A DNA stretch of 64,000 nucleotides from an uncultured Fidelibacterota bacterium (GTDB lineage Bacteria > Fidelibacterota > Marinisomatia > Marinisomatales > UBA1611): positions 15,351-79,350 of the forward strand of contig CAJWHW010000004.1 of NCBI GenBank assembly GCA_913040915.1, read 5' to 3'. The notes below the pieces were generated by a model. The model was not told the origin of the DNA. It saw only the letters and a program-made list of their open reading frames with translations, and did no database searches. A program made the translations under genes and the position numbers. Positions 10,344-22,254 of the stretch are shown here, piece after piece. The number at the start of each line of letters is the position of its first letter. Within the stretch, counting starts at the first letter, position 1.

Positions 10344-10719
10344 AAATGCGTTTAACAGCTAACGCACAATTACCTGGATCAACCACAGTAAGTACCGGTG
10401 TATTGCTGGGCATTTGCAGAGTCGAATGAATGTTCACCAGCATATCCGCCTTATCTGAAAAAGGCGGACAGCCTAAGGTGGGAAATGCAGAATTGGCAGC
10501 CACGAATCCGGACAGGGCATTGGATCGTCCGGCGATAGTGATATACACAATATCTTTATTATCTTTATTAGCATTTAAGATATCCAGAACTTTCAGAGGC
10601 TCCTTATGTGCTGATGCTGCATGCTGTTCCCATGCAATTCCGTATTCATCCAGTTTGTCAGTAATTTTTTTCGCGTGGGGTTCATCTGATGTTGAACCCA
10701 TGATAATCACTGTTTTCAT
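10333..10719 (-). CDS. purE: AIR carboxylase, class II-like PurE
   Basis: IIMGSTSD, SAHK, AGRSNAL, CPP and STLQMPS motifs. Confidence 0.9.
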   Translation of the reverse strand: MKTVIIMGSTSDEPHAKKITDKLDEYGIAWEQHAASAHKEPLKVLDILNANKDNKDIVYITIAGRSNALSGFVAANSAFPTLGCPPFSDKADMLVNIHSTLQMPSNTPVLTVVDPGNCALAVKRIFGV

Positions 10720-11702
10720 AATTCATCCTTTAAGTTTGTGTTAATGCGTTTCTGTACTTCCTTACCGGTCTCTGGAAAAGGGAAGGCGACCCCAGTAATG
10801 GTTTCGTAGAGATATATATAGCGACTGGAAAGTTCAATCACCAAATCAGTCGGGGCCTCCGGCAATGTTTCATCGTTGTAGGGGTCACAATTATCCACGA
10901 ACCACAGGCGTAGGAATTCTTTATCAATATTTTGAGGCTCCTGCCCATTGGAAATACGTTGTTCGTAGGTTTCAGCAATCCAATATCTGCTGGAATCTGG
11001 AGTATGGATTTCATCAATCAACACAATATTTCCATCGGCGTCTCGTCCCATTTCATACTTAGTATCTACCAAGATCATGCCGTGTTCTGCTGCTTTCTGC
11101 TGGCCGAAGGTAAAAAGTTCCAGAGCCTTCTGACTGCAGTAATCCCAATCTTTCTGGTTCATCCATCCTTCGCTCACAATCTCTGCCGGTGCAATGGGCC
11201 GGTCATGGTGTTCCTCCTTTGTAGTCGGTGTAAGCATATTAGTATCTAGTTTTTGGTTTTTCTTAAGCCCTTCTGGTAGAACATTACCACAATATTGTCG
11301 ATCACCATTATTATAAACCGTCCACAGCGATGTGCTGGTACTACCTGTAATATATCCGCGAACCACAAATTCAATGGGGAAAACATCGCATGTTTTTACC
11401 AATGTTACATTGGGGTCTGGCACATGAAGCACATGGTTTGGAATAATGTTTTTTGTCTGATCAAACCACCAGGCGCTAGTTAGGTTAAGGACCTGTCCCT
11501 TAAAGGGAATAGCAGCCAGCACGCGGTCAAAAGCACTTTGTCGGTCCGTGGTTATCAACGCAATTTTATCTCCCAGGTTATATTGGTCTCTAACCTTGCC
11601 GGTCTTTTTGGAACCACTGGGAAGATTTGTTTTAGTGAGGGTGTTATTTAATTCCGCCTCGATGCGGTCTTTGTAGTGTTTAGTTGATTCGATAGCATTC
11701 AT
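10716..11702 (-). CDS. purC: SAICAR synthase
   Basis: GKVRD, TDRQSAFD, IPFKGQVLN, EFVVRGYITGS, LVDTKYEMG, DEIHTPDSSRYW and DKEFLR motifs. Confidence 0.96.
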   Translation of the reverse strand: MNAIESTKHYKDRIEAELNNTLTKTNLPSGSKKTGKVRDQYNLGDKIALITTDRQSAFDRVLAAIPFKGQVLNLTSAWWFDQTKNIIPNHVLHVPDPNVTLVKTCDVFPIEFVVRGYITGSTSTSLWTVYNNGDRQYCGNVLPEGLKKNQKLDTNMLTPTTKEEHHDRPIAPAEIVSEGWMNQKDWDYCSQKALELFTFGQQKAAEHGMILVDTKYEMGRDADGNIVLIDEIHTPDSSRYWIAETYEQRISNGQEPQNIDKEFLRLWFVDNCDPYNDETLPEAPTDLVIELSSRYIYLYETITGVAFPFPETGKEVQKRINTNLKDEL

Positions 11703-12936
11703 GAGATAGTGGGTTGTATAGTATATTAGTGTTTAATATGTCTTGTAAAACAGTGTTTAAATTACCGCTATTTACGGATACATTCCATATGACACCACGC
11801 TTTAATTTGGTAAGTTCTTGAATTTCAAACCGTTCTGTAAGGGATTCAAATTTTGCACGCCCATGCATATCTTCTTTCTGGCGCACTAAAAAAGACACTG
11901 TGTTTTTATCTGCTTTTGTTTGACTGATAAATTCTTTGTTTGAATTATAAAGCTCTCCTGTGGCATCAATGCGTTTTAAATTTGCATCCCGGTCGCCACT
12001 GGTAGAAATTTCCCAATGAGTCTGGCGGGAAATAGTGACATCGTGACCAAGTTGATTTAGTGCATTATGTACTGACGCTGCTTCGTTATCGGTAATAATC
12101 ATATCAATCACCCATTCTGTTGCCTTCGGGTTTGCTATATGTTCTTGCACTTCGTATTGGGGACGGTCATAGAATAATTTATGTTTTGTGATCGGATTTC
12201 CAAGTTCAATAAACTCTTTCATAGAAGAAAAAATAACATCTCCGTTATCCGTTCGTTCCGGATGAGGCATCATGGCCATAATATTTCCCTGCGTATTGCA
12301 TACAGCAGCTAGGTTATACATAGATCCGTTGGGATTCGTAGGAAACTCATCCATCACGTTTCCGTTGTCATCGCAGTAGCGGTAAACGGTTTGCTCATTA
12401 GCAATCATTTTTTCCAATAATTCTTCTGGAATGATAAAACGTCCTTCGCCATGGGCTAGCGGTATATTAATAAAATCACCAGTCTTTAAATGACGTGTAA
12501 ATGCACAGCGTTCAGGTGAAATAGACATTTGTAGATTAGCCCAGGTATTGTAATAACCCACACCCACAACATGGCCACCTTTTACCCGCTTGTTATCTGT
12601 GAGTGCCAATCCGACTCGGTGATTTGCCATCCCGGGGACGAGCTTGCTTTCTACCAGAATCTGGGCTCCATTGCAGATGCCAAGTACTGGCTTCCCTTTA
12701 TTTGCCTCAATTTTGATCTTCTTCATGATGGGATCCAGGGCCGCAATAACGCCGGCACGGGAGCGGTCTTCATAGGCAAATCCGCCCACAATTATATAAC
12801 CATGAAAATCTGATAGTTTTTCGGCCTGCTCATTCCATAGAAATTCAATTGGGTTCAATCCCACGCGGTGGCAAGCCATGATTGTTTCACGTTCTGTATT
12901 GGAACCAGGGAATTGAATGATTGCAATTTTTGCCAT
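11680..12936 (-). CDS. purQ: FGAM synthase glutaminase subunit PurQ with a C-terminal extension of two PurS-like domains
   Basis: FPGSN, GGFAYED, GICNG (catalytic Cys), AHGEG, NPNGS and MMPHPER in the first ~245 aa, plus a ~170 aa extension; ATG at 12936 (alternative GTG at 12945). Confidence 0.9.
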   Translation of the reverse strand: MAKIAIIQFPGSNTERETIMACHRVGLNPIEFLWNEQAEKLSDFHGYIIVGGFAYEDRSRAGVIAALDPIMKKIKIEANKGKPVLGICNGAQILVESKLVPGMANHRVGLALTDNKRVKGGHVVGVGYYNTWANLQMSISPERCAFTRHLKTGDFINIPLAHGEGRFIIPEELLEKMIANEQTVYRYCDDNGNVMDEFPTNPNGSMYNLAAVCNTQGNIMAMMPHPERTDNGDVIFSSMKEFIELGNPITKHKLFYDRPQYEVQEHIANPKATEWVIDMIITDNEAASVHNALNQLGHDVTISRQTHWEISTSGDRDANLKRIDATGELYNSNKEFISQTKADKNTVSFLVRQKEDMHGRAKFESLTERFEIQELTKLKRGVIWNVSVNSGNLNTVLQDILNTNILYNPLSHECYRIN

Positions 12937-12941
12937 AGAGC

Positions 12942-13652
12942 TCACAGAGAACTATTTAACCAACTATATATTTTTGTTATTGTTTTTTTACTCATTTCGT
13001 GACCAATAGAATCTTCAAAGTATTCAGCATTAGCCCCCAATCCATCAAAAAAGGCTTTTGCCTGTATTGACCATTTTTTACTAAAACTATCTTCTGTTCC
13101 ATGCAAAATCAAAACATTCAGATCTTTATAATCATCTTCAGAGTTTCTTAATGTATATTTAATTGGAATACGTGCACTATGAGCAAAGATACCTGCAAAA
13201 TATTCTGGATGGGATAGGCCCAAATTAAAGGCCATAATCCCTCCTTGGCTAAAGCCACCTATAAATACATTAGAAATATCATAATTGTATTGTTTGTTGA
13301 TTGTGTCAATAGTAGAGAGTATTCTTTGTTTACTATGTTCGATCTGTGTCTGATTGGATGCAGTATCTCCATCAATAATGCTAAACTCATACCATCTATT
13401 TAAAAAGCCCAACATAAATCCATAAGGTGCTTCTATGGATACAATAAGAAACCGATCATCAATAATTTCAATTACATCATTAAATTGATTTTTATTGCTC
13501 CCGTATCCATGTAATAAGAATAACACAGGCGGTTTTTCTCCAACATCTTTATGCATTTTTAATTTATATTGTAATGGTACATTGTTACTCGTGGCAAAAA
13601 GCACACAAAACACAATAATTAATACTAACAATGATGATAATATTCGTTTCAT
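12942..13652 (-). CDS. Alpha/beta hydrolase (phospholipase/carboxylesterase family) with an N-terminal signal or anchor
   Basis: LLHGYGS, GFSQGG nucleophile elbow, HGTED and GHE motifs; ATGA overlap with the purM stop. Confidence 0.85.
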   Translation of the reverse strand: MKRILSSLLVLIIVFCVLFATSNNVPLQYKLKMHKDVGEKPPVLFLLHGYGSNKNQFNDVIEIIDDRFLIVSIEAPYGFMLGFLNRWYEFSIIDGDTASNQTQIEHSKQRILSTIDTINKQYNYDISNVFIGGFSQGGIMAFNLGLSHPEYFAGIFAHSARIPIKYTLRNSEDDYKDLNVLILHGTEDSFSKKWSIQAKAFFDGLGANAEYFEDSIGHEMSKKTITKIYSWLNSSL

Positions 13653-14686
13653 TTGAAGCTCACTATACTGCTCCCAGCTACTATGGTACCTATATCATAA
13701 ATATGAGTTAATTCTTTCAGCGCATCTTTCACTAATTTCACATCGTTTGCATCCACAATAAAGACCATTCCAATACCCATATTAAAAGTACGAAACATTT
13801 CATCTTCATCTACATTACCGATGGTTTGCATCACATCAAAAACCGGTAGGATTGGCCAAGATCTTTTTTGAATTTCTACTCCGCAGCCATCCGGTAAAAT
13901 GCGTGGCATATTTTCTACCAATCCGCCGCCGGTGATGTGGGCAACCCCTTTGATATCAACTCCGGCATCAAGCGTTGCAAATACATGCTTTGTATAATTA
14001 ATATGGGGTTCAAGCAAAGTCAACCCAACAGACTTATCCAATCCAGGAATGGGGTCATTCACATCATATCCGCCAATTTCAAAAAAGAGTTTTCGGGCAA
14101 AGGAATATCCATTGGTGTGTAATCCATTAGAAGGCAACCCCAAGACCGAATGACCAGGCACAATTTTTTTGCCGTTAATAATGTTATCTTTTTCAACAAC
14201 TCCAGTAATAACGCCTACTAAATCGTGCTCGCCAGGCAGATATGTGTCAGGCATTTCTGCTGTTTCTCCACCCACCAAAGAAACACCTGTATCCTGACAG
14301 GCTTTCACCATTCCAGATACAATCTCTTCAATAATTGTCGGATTTAGTTTGTCGTTTGCAATATAATCCAAAAAAGTGAGTGGTCGGGCACCCATGACTA
14401 AAATATCATTGGCGCAGGCGCTTAACAGATCAATGCCAATTGTATCGAATTTGCCTAGCTTTCTGGCAATGATGATCTTAGTACCTACACCGTCAATACT
14501 TTGCACCATGACAGGATTCTTGTAACCATTAAGAATAGATTTAAGATCATAAAGGGAACCGAAACTGCCAAGACTAGTCAGCACATTAGATGTAAAAGTG
14601 GACTTTACGCCATCTTTGATGCGATTAACTGCTTCATTACCGGCATCAATATCAACGCCAGCTGATTTGTAGTCCAGCTTGCTCAT
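13649..14686 (-). CDS. purM: AIR synthetase
   Basis: YKSAGVDID, DGVGTK, GGETAEMP, SNGLHTNGYS, HITGGG and TFNMGIG motifs. Confidence 0.97.
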   Translation of the reverse strand: MSKLDYKSAGVDIDAGNEAVNRIKDGVKSTFTSNVLTSLGSFGSLYDLKSILNGYKNPVMVQSIDGVGTKIIIARKLGKFDTIGIDLLSACANDILVMGARPLTFLDYIANDKLNPTIIEEIVSGMVKACQDTGVSLVGGETAEMPDTYLPGEHDLVGVITGVVEKDNIINGKKIVPGHSVLGLPSNGLHTNGYSFARKLFFEIGGYDVNDPIPGLDKSVGLTLLEPHINYTKHVFATLDAGVDIKGVAHITGGGLVENMPRILPDGCGVEIQKRSWPILPVFDVMQTIGNVDEDEMFRTFNMGIGMVFIVDANDVKLVKDALKELTHIYDIGTIVAGSSIVSFK

Positions 14687-17015
14687 AGCTTATCACGCAA
14701 ACCATTCGCCCAAGCTTCCACTGCATCAAGAACCGCAAGATTCACCGTTTTATTGATGTTAATTGTTGTACCACCGGTAGTTCCTATATCAAAAGGTCTC
14801 ACACCATAGTTTGAAAAAATAGCTTGGACTTTTTCAATATTACCTTGATGCGTTTCTGCTAAAAAGCCACCTGTTTCAGAAAACAGAACCTTGACAAGGG
14901 AAAGGTCACTTTCAATATGGACTTTACAGCCGATATTCTTTCCAAAAGTCATTTCTGCGAGAGCTGATGAAATTCCACCATCAGCAATATCATGGCATGA
15001 CAAAAACAACTCTTGATCAATACAGTCGGTAACCGCAAATATCTGGTTTTTCACTTCATTTAAATCAGGTTTCGGTATTTGTGCTCCCAGCTCATCATAG
15101 AGAGAATAATACACCGACCCCCCCAGCTCATCTTTCCGTTCGCCAATCATTAAAATCACAGAATCCGTTTTTTGAAAATGCATAGGTACAGTACGACGCA
15201 CATCCTTTATACGACCCAGACAGCTTACAATAGGACTAGGAGGAATGGCCCCGTTTTTTGATTCATTATAAAAACTCACATTTCCTGCAATAATGGGTGT
15301 GGCGTCATGAGGGTTATCTTTCAGTGTAATTGTATGGCAGGCATCAGCAATGCCCCTGGCACTTTCTACAAACTCCCACATCTGGTGAGGCTTCTCTGGG
15401 TTGCCAAAACATAGACAATCTGAAATAGCATGTGGTGTGGCGCCCACAGCTGCAACATTACGCATAGCTTCTACAACAGCATTCACCCCACACCAATATG
15501 GATCTATTAGACCATGGCGTGGATTATTATCTGTAGAAAGTGCTATACCTACATTACGAAGTTCTTCCGGATAATTTTCAGAATTAAAGGGAGCCAAGAC
15601 TCCTGCATCAGCTAGACCTGTTTCGGTATAGATTCTTCCCTGAACCTGTTTGTCGTACGTTTCAAAAACAGGCTCACGGCTGGCCATATTTTCATGGGCT
15701 AAAATTTTCAGCATTATTTCATTATAATCGAAACCCTCCACAATCTCTGGTTCTGTAAATTTTTGTTGCCGTGCTTCGTAAGGGCGATCGTATAAAAAGC
15801 CTTTAGTTACTTCTGATGCTGGGGCGTTGATAATTTCTTCATCACCGCTGTGAACAATATACTGACCATCTCTGCGGATTTTGCCTATGACAGATGCCTG
15901 TGCACCTTTACTCACGCCGGGCAGGTTAAATACATTATTATAATGATCTAGTATCATTGGTGTCACCTCCGGAGGTGACACCCACATAAAACGCTCTTGG
16001 GTCTCGCTACACAGGTAAACCGATGGGTGGAGGTTTTCCATACCAATATGAATTTTGTCCATCCACACTTCAGAACCATACCCCGATGTTTCTGCCAGTT
16101 CGACGCTTGCACAGGCAACACCACCAGCCCCTAGATCCTTAAAACCCATTTTATGGACTAGTCCCTTTTCTTTTAGGATATCAAATAAGGCGTAAGATGA
16201 TTTTAATAGATGGCGCTCCAGAAAAGCGTTAGGTTCCTGAACAGCACCCTTGTTTTGTTCCTTTTTATCTTCTTCTAGTTCTAGAGATGCAAAACTTGCA
16301 CCGCCAAATCCGCTATTATCGGTAGGCTTACCAATGAGAATTAGGTCATAGCCATCAGCATCCTTCGGGGCGTAGGAATGAAGGATGTGGTCTTCGCGAA
16401 CTATACCCAATGTAACTAAAGTGACTAAACAATTTTCATTATATCCTTTATGGTAATAAATGTCTCCACCAATGTTTGGAATACCTAATGGATTACCGTA
16501 GCCAGCGACGCCTGCCACCACGCCGTCATGAATCCATTTAGTTTTATTACTACTAATTTCTCCAAAGCGAAAAGAATCGGTGCAGGCAATCACCTCTGCG
16601 CCCATACACAAGACATCCCGGACATTCCCGCCAACGCCAGTAGCCGCTCCTTCGTAAGGAACAATTTGGGATGGGTGATTGTGTGATTCGTGGCTCATGA
16701 CCACACACCATCGGTGACCTTCATTATCGGTTGCAACCGATACCACGCCCGCATCTTCTTTGGCACCAAGGATTACGTCGGGTCCTTTAGTAGTAAATTG
16801 CTTTAAATGGATGCGGCTACTTTTATAGGAGCAGTGTTCAGACCCTTGGATGGAGAATAGAATAAGCTCCGCCAAAGATGGAGCACGCCCTAGCATATTA
16901 TTTTGAATTTTAAGAGCTTCTTCAGCGGTAAGGGGAATGTTCAGATCATGTAGTCTGCTATTGATAGCTTCATCATTGAGCCCGTTGAAATCAACAAGTT
17001 CCTGTGTAAAGGGCA

Positions 17016-17016
<1 letters not shown>
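14683..17016 (-). CDS. purL: FGAM synthase subunit PurL (small type)
   Basis: SEHCSYKSS, ESHNHPS, GAATGVGG, DLGAGG, SETQER, FGNPE and GNVSFYNE motifs. Confidence 0.96.
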
Positions 17017-18347
<1,331 letters not shown>

Positions 18348-18411
18348 TCACGAAAAATAGAGTAAATATTATTCGAATATTATAGAGATAACAATATTAA
18401 AAAAACCGCTA

Positions 18412-18609
18412 TTAAAAATCTTTTTTATTTAATCCGGATTTCTTTTTTGCCCATTCCAGCACGCGCTTTACTGGTGGAAAATAATCTGCCAAGATAATTA
18501 ATCCGGGAATACCAAACATCCAGCCTTGAAAAACTGGAATCAAACCACCAATCAATCCAACTATCAAAAGGAATATTCCCAATGTGATCCGGATTGTTTT
18601 TCTGATCAT
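18412..18609 (-). CDS. Small membrane protein (PGPGW-like family)
   Basis: Two hydrophobic stretches around IPVFQGWMFGIPGL; ATGA overlap with the upstream gene. Confidence 0.65.
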   Translation of the reverse strand: MIRKTIRITLGIFLLIVGLIGGLIPVFQGWMFGIPGLIILADYFPPVKRVLEWAKKKSGLNKKDF

Positions 18610-19982
18610 TGAACTTGCTCTAAGTTAATGTGATTTAACAAAGAATAAAATTTTGAATCTGACAGGCCTAGCAAATAAACATTTAAATACTCATAGACTA
18701 TATTATTAAGTAAATCTATCGAAATATCAGTGGTTAAGTGACTCACATCTCGCATTACCCAGTGAATAATTGGAGAAAATATGGGGACATCTGAAAAATC
18801 TAAATGTTCTGATTCTTTGACAATGTATTGATGATACTGTTCTTGAGAATTTAAAATCAATGTATCCAGTGTCTTATAATTATTTGGATAATCAGAATTA
18901 TGCCAACTCGGTCTCATCAAAAAAAGTTGTGGTATTTTCAATCCTGAATTTAAAATAACCTTTGGTACAGGACTTATCCAAGGGTCTAGCCCAAAACAAG
19001 TCTTGATTCTTGGATCCCAAAAGGATGATACTAGCGCTGTTGCGCCACCATATGAATGGCCGCCAACCGCTATCTTATCCATATCCAACTGGCTATTTAA
19101 ATTAGATTGAATTTGACCTAATTGAATTTTTTTCATTTGATTAATGATAAAAGATATATCTTTACCACGAGTATTTATTTGCATTTTACGTAGAGCGAGA
19201 CTATCTGGATGCCCAGTAATGTTTGAACGATAATCAGCCATGCTTCCATCTGGGAAAATAGTTAAATTGGCATCGTAGCTATGATCTAGGGCCGCTATAA
19301 CGAACCCCCGGCTTGCCAAATATTCGTAGAGGGCCTGATGTAAATGACGAGACCCAGTTATCCCGTGAGAAAATACTAGGATAGGTAATTTAAACTTTGA
19401 GATTATAGCCGTTGCATTTAAATGACTATTAGTGGAAATATAATTTAAATGTTTAGGAAAAAACTCAGGAATGCCTCCTGCCCTAGCTAAGGTTTTAGCT
19501 CTCAATTCAATATAGTCCATATAGGGTTCTGTCTTTTTTTCACTTTTAAGATCTGCAGGATACCAAATTTGGATCATAATTTGGCGAAAATCGGATTTGT
19601 TTTCTGTAAACAACTCGGCTCTGCTTGAATCAATCCAATGATGTACTTCTGTCCCTATTGAATATTTGCCCCCGGGGTTTGGTAAATTAAAAACTGGTAT
19701 AATCCAAAGAATAGAACCCGCAAGAATTAACCAACTCATTAACAAAGTTTTTGTTGTAACATTAATCTCCTTTGCTTTTAATTTGTGAGCAATATACATT
19801 GCCGGTAGAAAATATATAATAAAAGTAAATTGCCATCTGATGCCTTCTATAAAAAACTGCATCAGGATCGTTAGTATAGCACCAAAGATAAGGTAAAGAA
19901 AGATTCGCCTATCTTTATGGTACAATAAAGCAGTTAAAGCGCCAATTGTTAAAATCAACGTTAGAATTTCAAAAGTGCGCAT
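18606..19982 (-). CDS. Membrane-anchored alpha/beta hydrolase (PAF-acetylhydrolase-like)
   Basis: N-terminal TM segments; QIWYP, FSHG, GHSYGG, GLDPW and HLDFSD motifs. Confidence 0.8.
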   Translation of the reverse strand: MRTFEILTLILTIGALTALLYHKDRRIFLYLIFGAILTILMQFFIEGIRWQFTFIIYFLPAMYIAHKLKAKEINVTTKTLLMSWLILAGSILWIIPVFNLPNPGGKYSIGTEVHHWIDSSRAELFTENKSDFRQIMIQIWYPADLKSEKKTEPYMDYIELRAKTLARAGGIPEFFPKHLNYISTNSHLNATAIISKFKLPILVFSHGITGSRHLHQALYEYLASRGFVIAALDHSYDANLTIFPDGSMADYRSNITGHPDSLALRKMQINTRGKDISFIINQMKKIQLGQIQSNLNSQLDMDKIAVGGHSYGGATALVSSFWDPRIKTCFGLDPWISPVPKVILNSGLKIPQLFLMRPSWHNSDYPNNYKTLDTLILNSQEQYHQYIVKESEHLDFSDVPIFSPIIHWVMRDVSHLTTDISIDLLNNIVYEYLNVYLLGLSDSKFYSLLNHINLEQVQ

Positions 19983-20032
19983 TCAAAAACCATGTGTAAA
20001 TTGAACGTATAAAAACCATTATGTTTTAAACT

Positions 20033-20686
20033 ATGTCCTTTCAAAAGTTAAGATTTACAACCTTGCCTGAACCAGATATGATATCTCGATCTACATCTTT
20101 TTTAAATCATCTAATGCAACGAAGAACCATACGGGATTTTTCAGATAAATCGATTCCATTAGAAATTATAAAAAATGCCATTAAAGCTGCATCTTCTGCA
20201 CCATCAGGAGCGAACAAGCAGCCATGGCATTTTGTAATCGTTCAAGATCCTGAAGTAAAAAAAGAAATTAGAACTGCAGCAGAAAAAGAAGAAAAAGAAT
20301 TTTATAAACATAGAGCACCAGATTATTGGTTAGAAGATTTAAATCAGTTTGAAACAGATTGGCATAAACCATTTTTAGAAATAGCACCATATTTAATTGT
20401 GGTATTTAAACAGAGTTATGATTTAGGAGATGATGGTAAAAGAAAGAATTATTATGTCAATGAATCGGTGGGTATTGCTTCTGGGTTTTTATTAGTGGCT
20501 TTGCATAATGCTGGACTTGCGACATTAACACATACTCCAAGCCCAATGGGTTTCTTGGAAAGAATATTAAACAGGCCAGAAAATGAAAAAGCTGTCCTAC
20601 TTATACCAGTGGGGTTACCGGCTCACGATGCAGAAGTCCCAGAGCTAAACAAAAAATCCTTTCGGGATGTTTGTACAATTATCTAA
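20033..20686 (+). CDS. Nitroreductase-fold flavoprotein, iodotyrosine deiodinase-like
   Basis: RRTIRDFS, APSGANKQPW, EEKEFY, WHKPFLE, YYVNESVGIA and TLTHTP motifs. Confidence 0.85.
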   Translation: MSFQKLRFTTLPEPDMISRSTSFLNHLMQRRTIRDFSDKSIPLEIIKNAIKAASSAPSGANKQPWHFVIVQDPEVKKEIRTAAEKEEKEFYKHRAPDYWLEDLNQFETDWHKPFLEIAPYLIVVFKQSYDLGDDGKRKNYYVNESVGIASGFLLVALHNAGLATLTHTPSPMGFLERILNRPENEKAVLLIPVGLPAHDAEVPELNKKSFRDVCTII

Positions 20687-20698
20687 GGTCAACAGATT

Positions 20699-21184
20699 AT
20701 GCCAGTTCGAATTTTAATAACCGGTGGAACTTTTGATAAAGAATATGATGAAATAACAGGTGAACTTTATTTTAAAGATACGCACATGCGTGAAATATTA
20801 GCTCTCGGAAGATCTAAACTAAAGGTGAAAATTCGAACATTAATGCTTATCGATAGTTTGGATATGACCGATGAAGATAGAAAGTTAATTCTTGATAATT
20901 GTAATAAGATAGAGGAGGATCAAATTGTCATTACTCATGGCACAGATACAATGACGCAAACTGCTCGGACGATTGCAAATGAAAATTTGAATAAAACAAT
21001 TGTACTCACCGGTGCAATGATACCATACAAATTTGGCAGTAGCGATGGTTTATTTAATTGCGGCAGTGCCTTAGCCTTAGCTCAAGCCTTACCCCATGGT
21101 GTATATATTGCAATGAATGGGCGATATTTTAATTGGGATAAAGTAGAAAAAAATAAAAAAACAGGTGTATTTGAAGAAATATAG
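20699..21184 (+). CDS. Short L-asparaginase-family protein (N-terminal domain only)
   Basis: ITGGTFDK, DSLDM, THGTDTM and LTGAMIP motifs. Confidence 0.85.
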   Translation: MPVRILITGGTFDKEYDEITGELYFKDTHMREILALGRSKLKVKIRTLMLIDSLDMTDEDRKLILDNCNKIEEDQIVITHGTDTMTQTARTIANENLNKTIVLTGAMIPYKFGSSDGLFNCGSALALAQALPHGVYIAMNGRYFNWDKVEKNKKTGVFEEI

Positions 21185-21204
21185 TATGCATTTACACGTA
21201 TGTA

Positions 21205-22254
21205 TTAATCTTGCATTTTTCTAATCCAATTTTTAACAAGCTCTACACCTTCTTTATGAACCAGTTTTCTGCCCAGTTCAGGCATCATGATTCCAGGGTC
21301 TGTTGATTCTATTCGATAAAGCATTATTGATTTATCTGGATGCCTTGGTACAATGGTGTATTTCATATCACCCGAGCCCCGTCCTGCTGCAATAGGTGGT
21401 TTCATGATCCCTAATTTTGTTGGATCAGTTTCTTCAACATTCAAAAATAAACCTGATGTTTCTCCTGGAGCACCAAACCGATGGCAATGGGCACAGTTAA
21501 TATCAATCCAGGCCCGCGCTCGTTCAGCAACAGTTCCATCTTCGTGATTATCATAATCGGGCGTATAAGGCAATTCAGAAATTGGAGGTAGCCCTTTTAT
21601 CATATCTAATTCTGACCATTTCTGTAGTTGATTCATTATCTCATTCCCATAATCATAGTCATTATTTAGTAGTCTTACTTTTGGTCCAATAGGTACCATT
21701 TTATTGTGACTGACATGACAACCTTTACATTGATTGAAGTTGGGGACACTATATTTAAAATTGACTTGTTCGCCTGCAAAATTAGTAAATGACACATCCA
21801 TTCTGTCACCGGCAATTTCTAAGAATGCATCTGACTGCTCTTCATCCCAAATATAGGGGAAGCCCATCCAGCCATCGGGAGTATGAATAAGTAGCCTTGT
21901 CTCCATGAGACGAATATTTTCTTCAGGATATCTTAAATCAGCAGGGAAATAAAATGTTTTAATCAGTATGGACTCAATTGGAAAATCAAAGGAACCGTCT
22001 ACTTGGTAGATTAATTGTTCACCGGCTGGTAAAACAATAAATCTAGATTTTAGAGCATAATCAGAAAATAATTGAGCTGATATATTATATGGGACTATGC
22101 CATCTGCTGGCTGGTGTTGTGCTATCCGTCCTTCAAAGAAATTATAATCAGATAATTTAGGCTTTGCATATTTAAGTGGACTTATTCCAGAAAGAAGGGA
22201 AAATAGAATAAGAGAAAAAGCAAAGCGATGCACTTTTCTCAAAAAAATAATCAT
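21205..22254 (-). CDS. Secreted diheme c-type cytochrome (SO2930-like)
   Basis: Two CxxCH motifs (CKGCH, CAHCH); LFSDYALKSRF, ETRLL and MMPELGR motifs; signal peptide. Confidence 0.85.
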   Translation of the reverse strand: MIIFLRKVHRFAFSLILFSLLSGISPLKYAKPKLSDYNFFEGRIAQHQPADGIVPYNISAQLFSDYALKSRFIVLPAGEQLIYQVDGSFDFPIESILIKTFYFPADLRYPEENIRLMETRLLIHTPDGWMGFPYIWDEEQSDAFLEIAGDRMDVSFTNFAGEQVNFKYSVPNFNQCKGCHVSHNKMVPIGPKVRLLNNDYDYGNEIMNQLQKWSELDMIKGLPPISELPYTPDYDNHEDGTVAERARAWIDINCAHCHRFGAPGETSGLFLNVEETDPTKLGIMKPPIAAGRGSGDMKYTIVPRHPDKSIMLYRIESTDPGIMMPELGRKLVHKEGVELVKNWIRKMQD

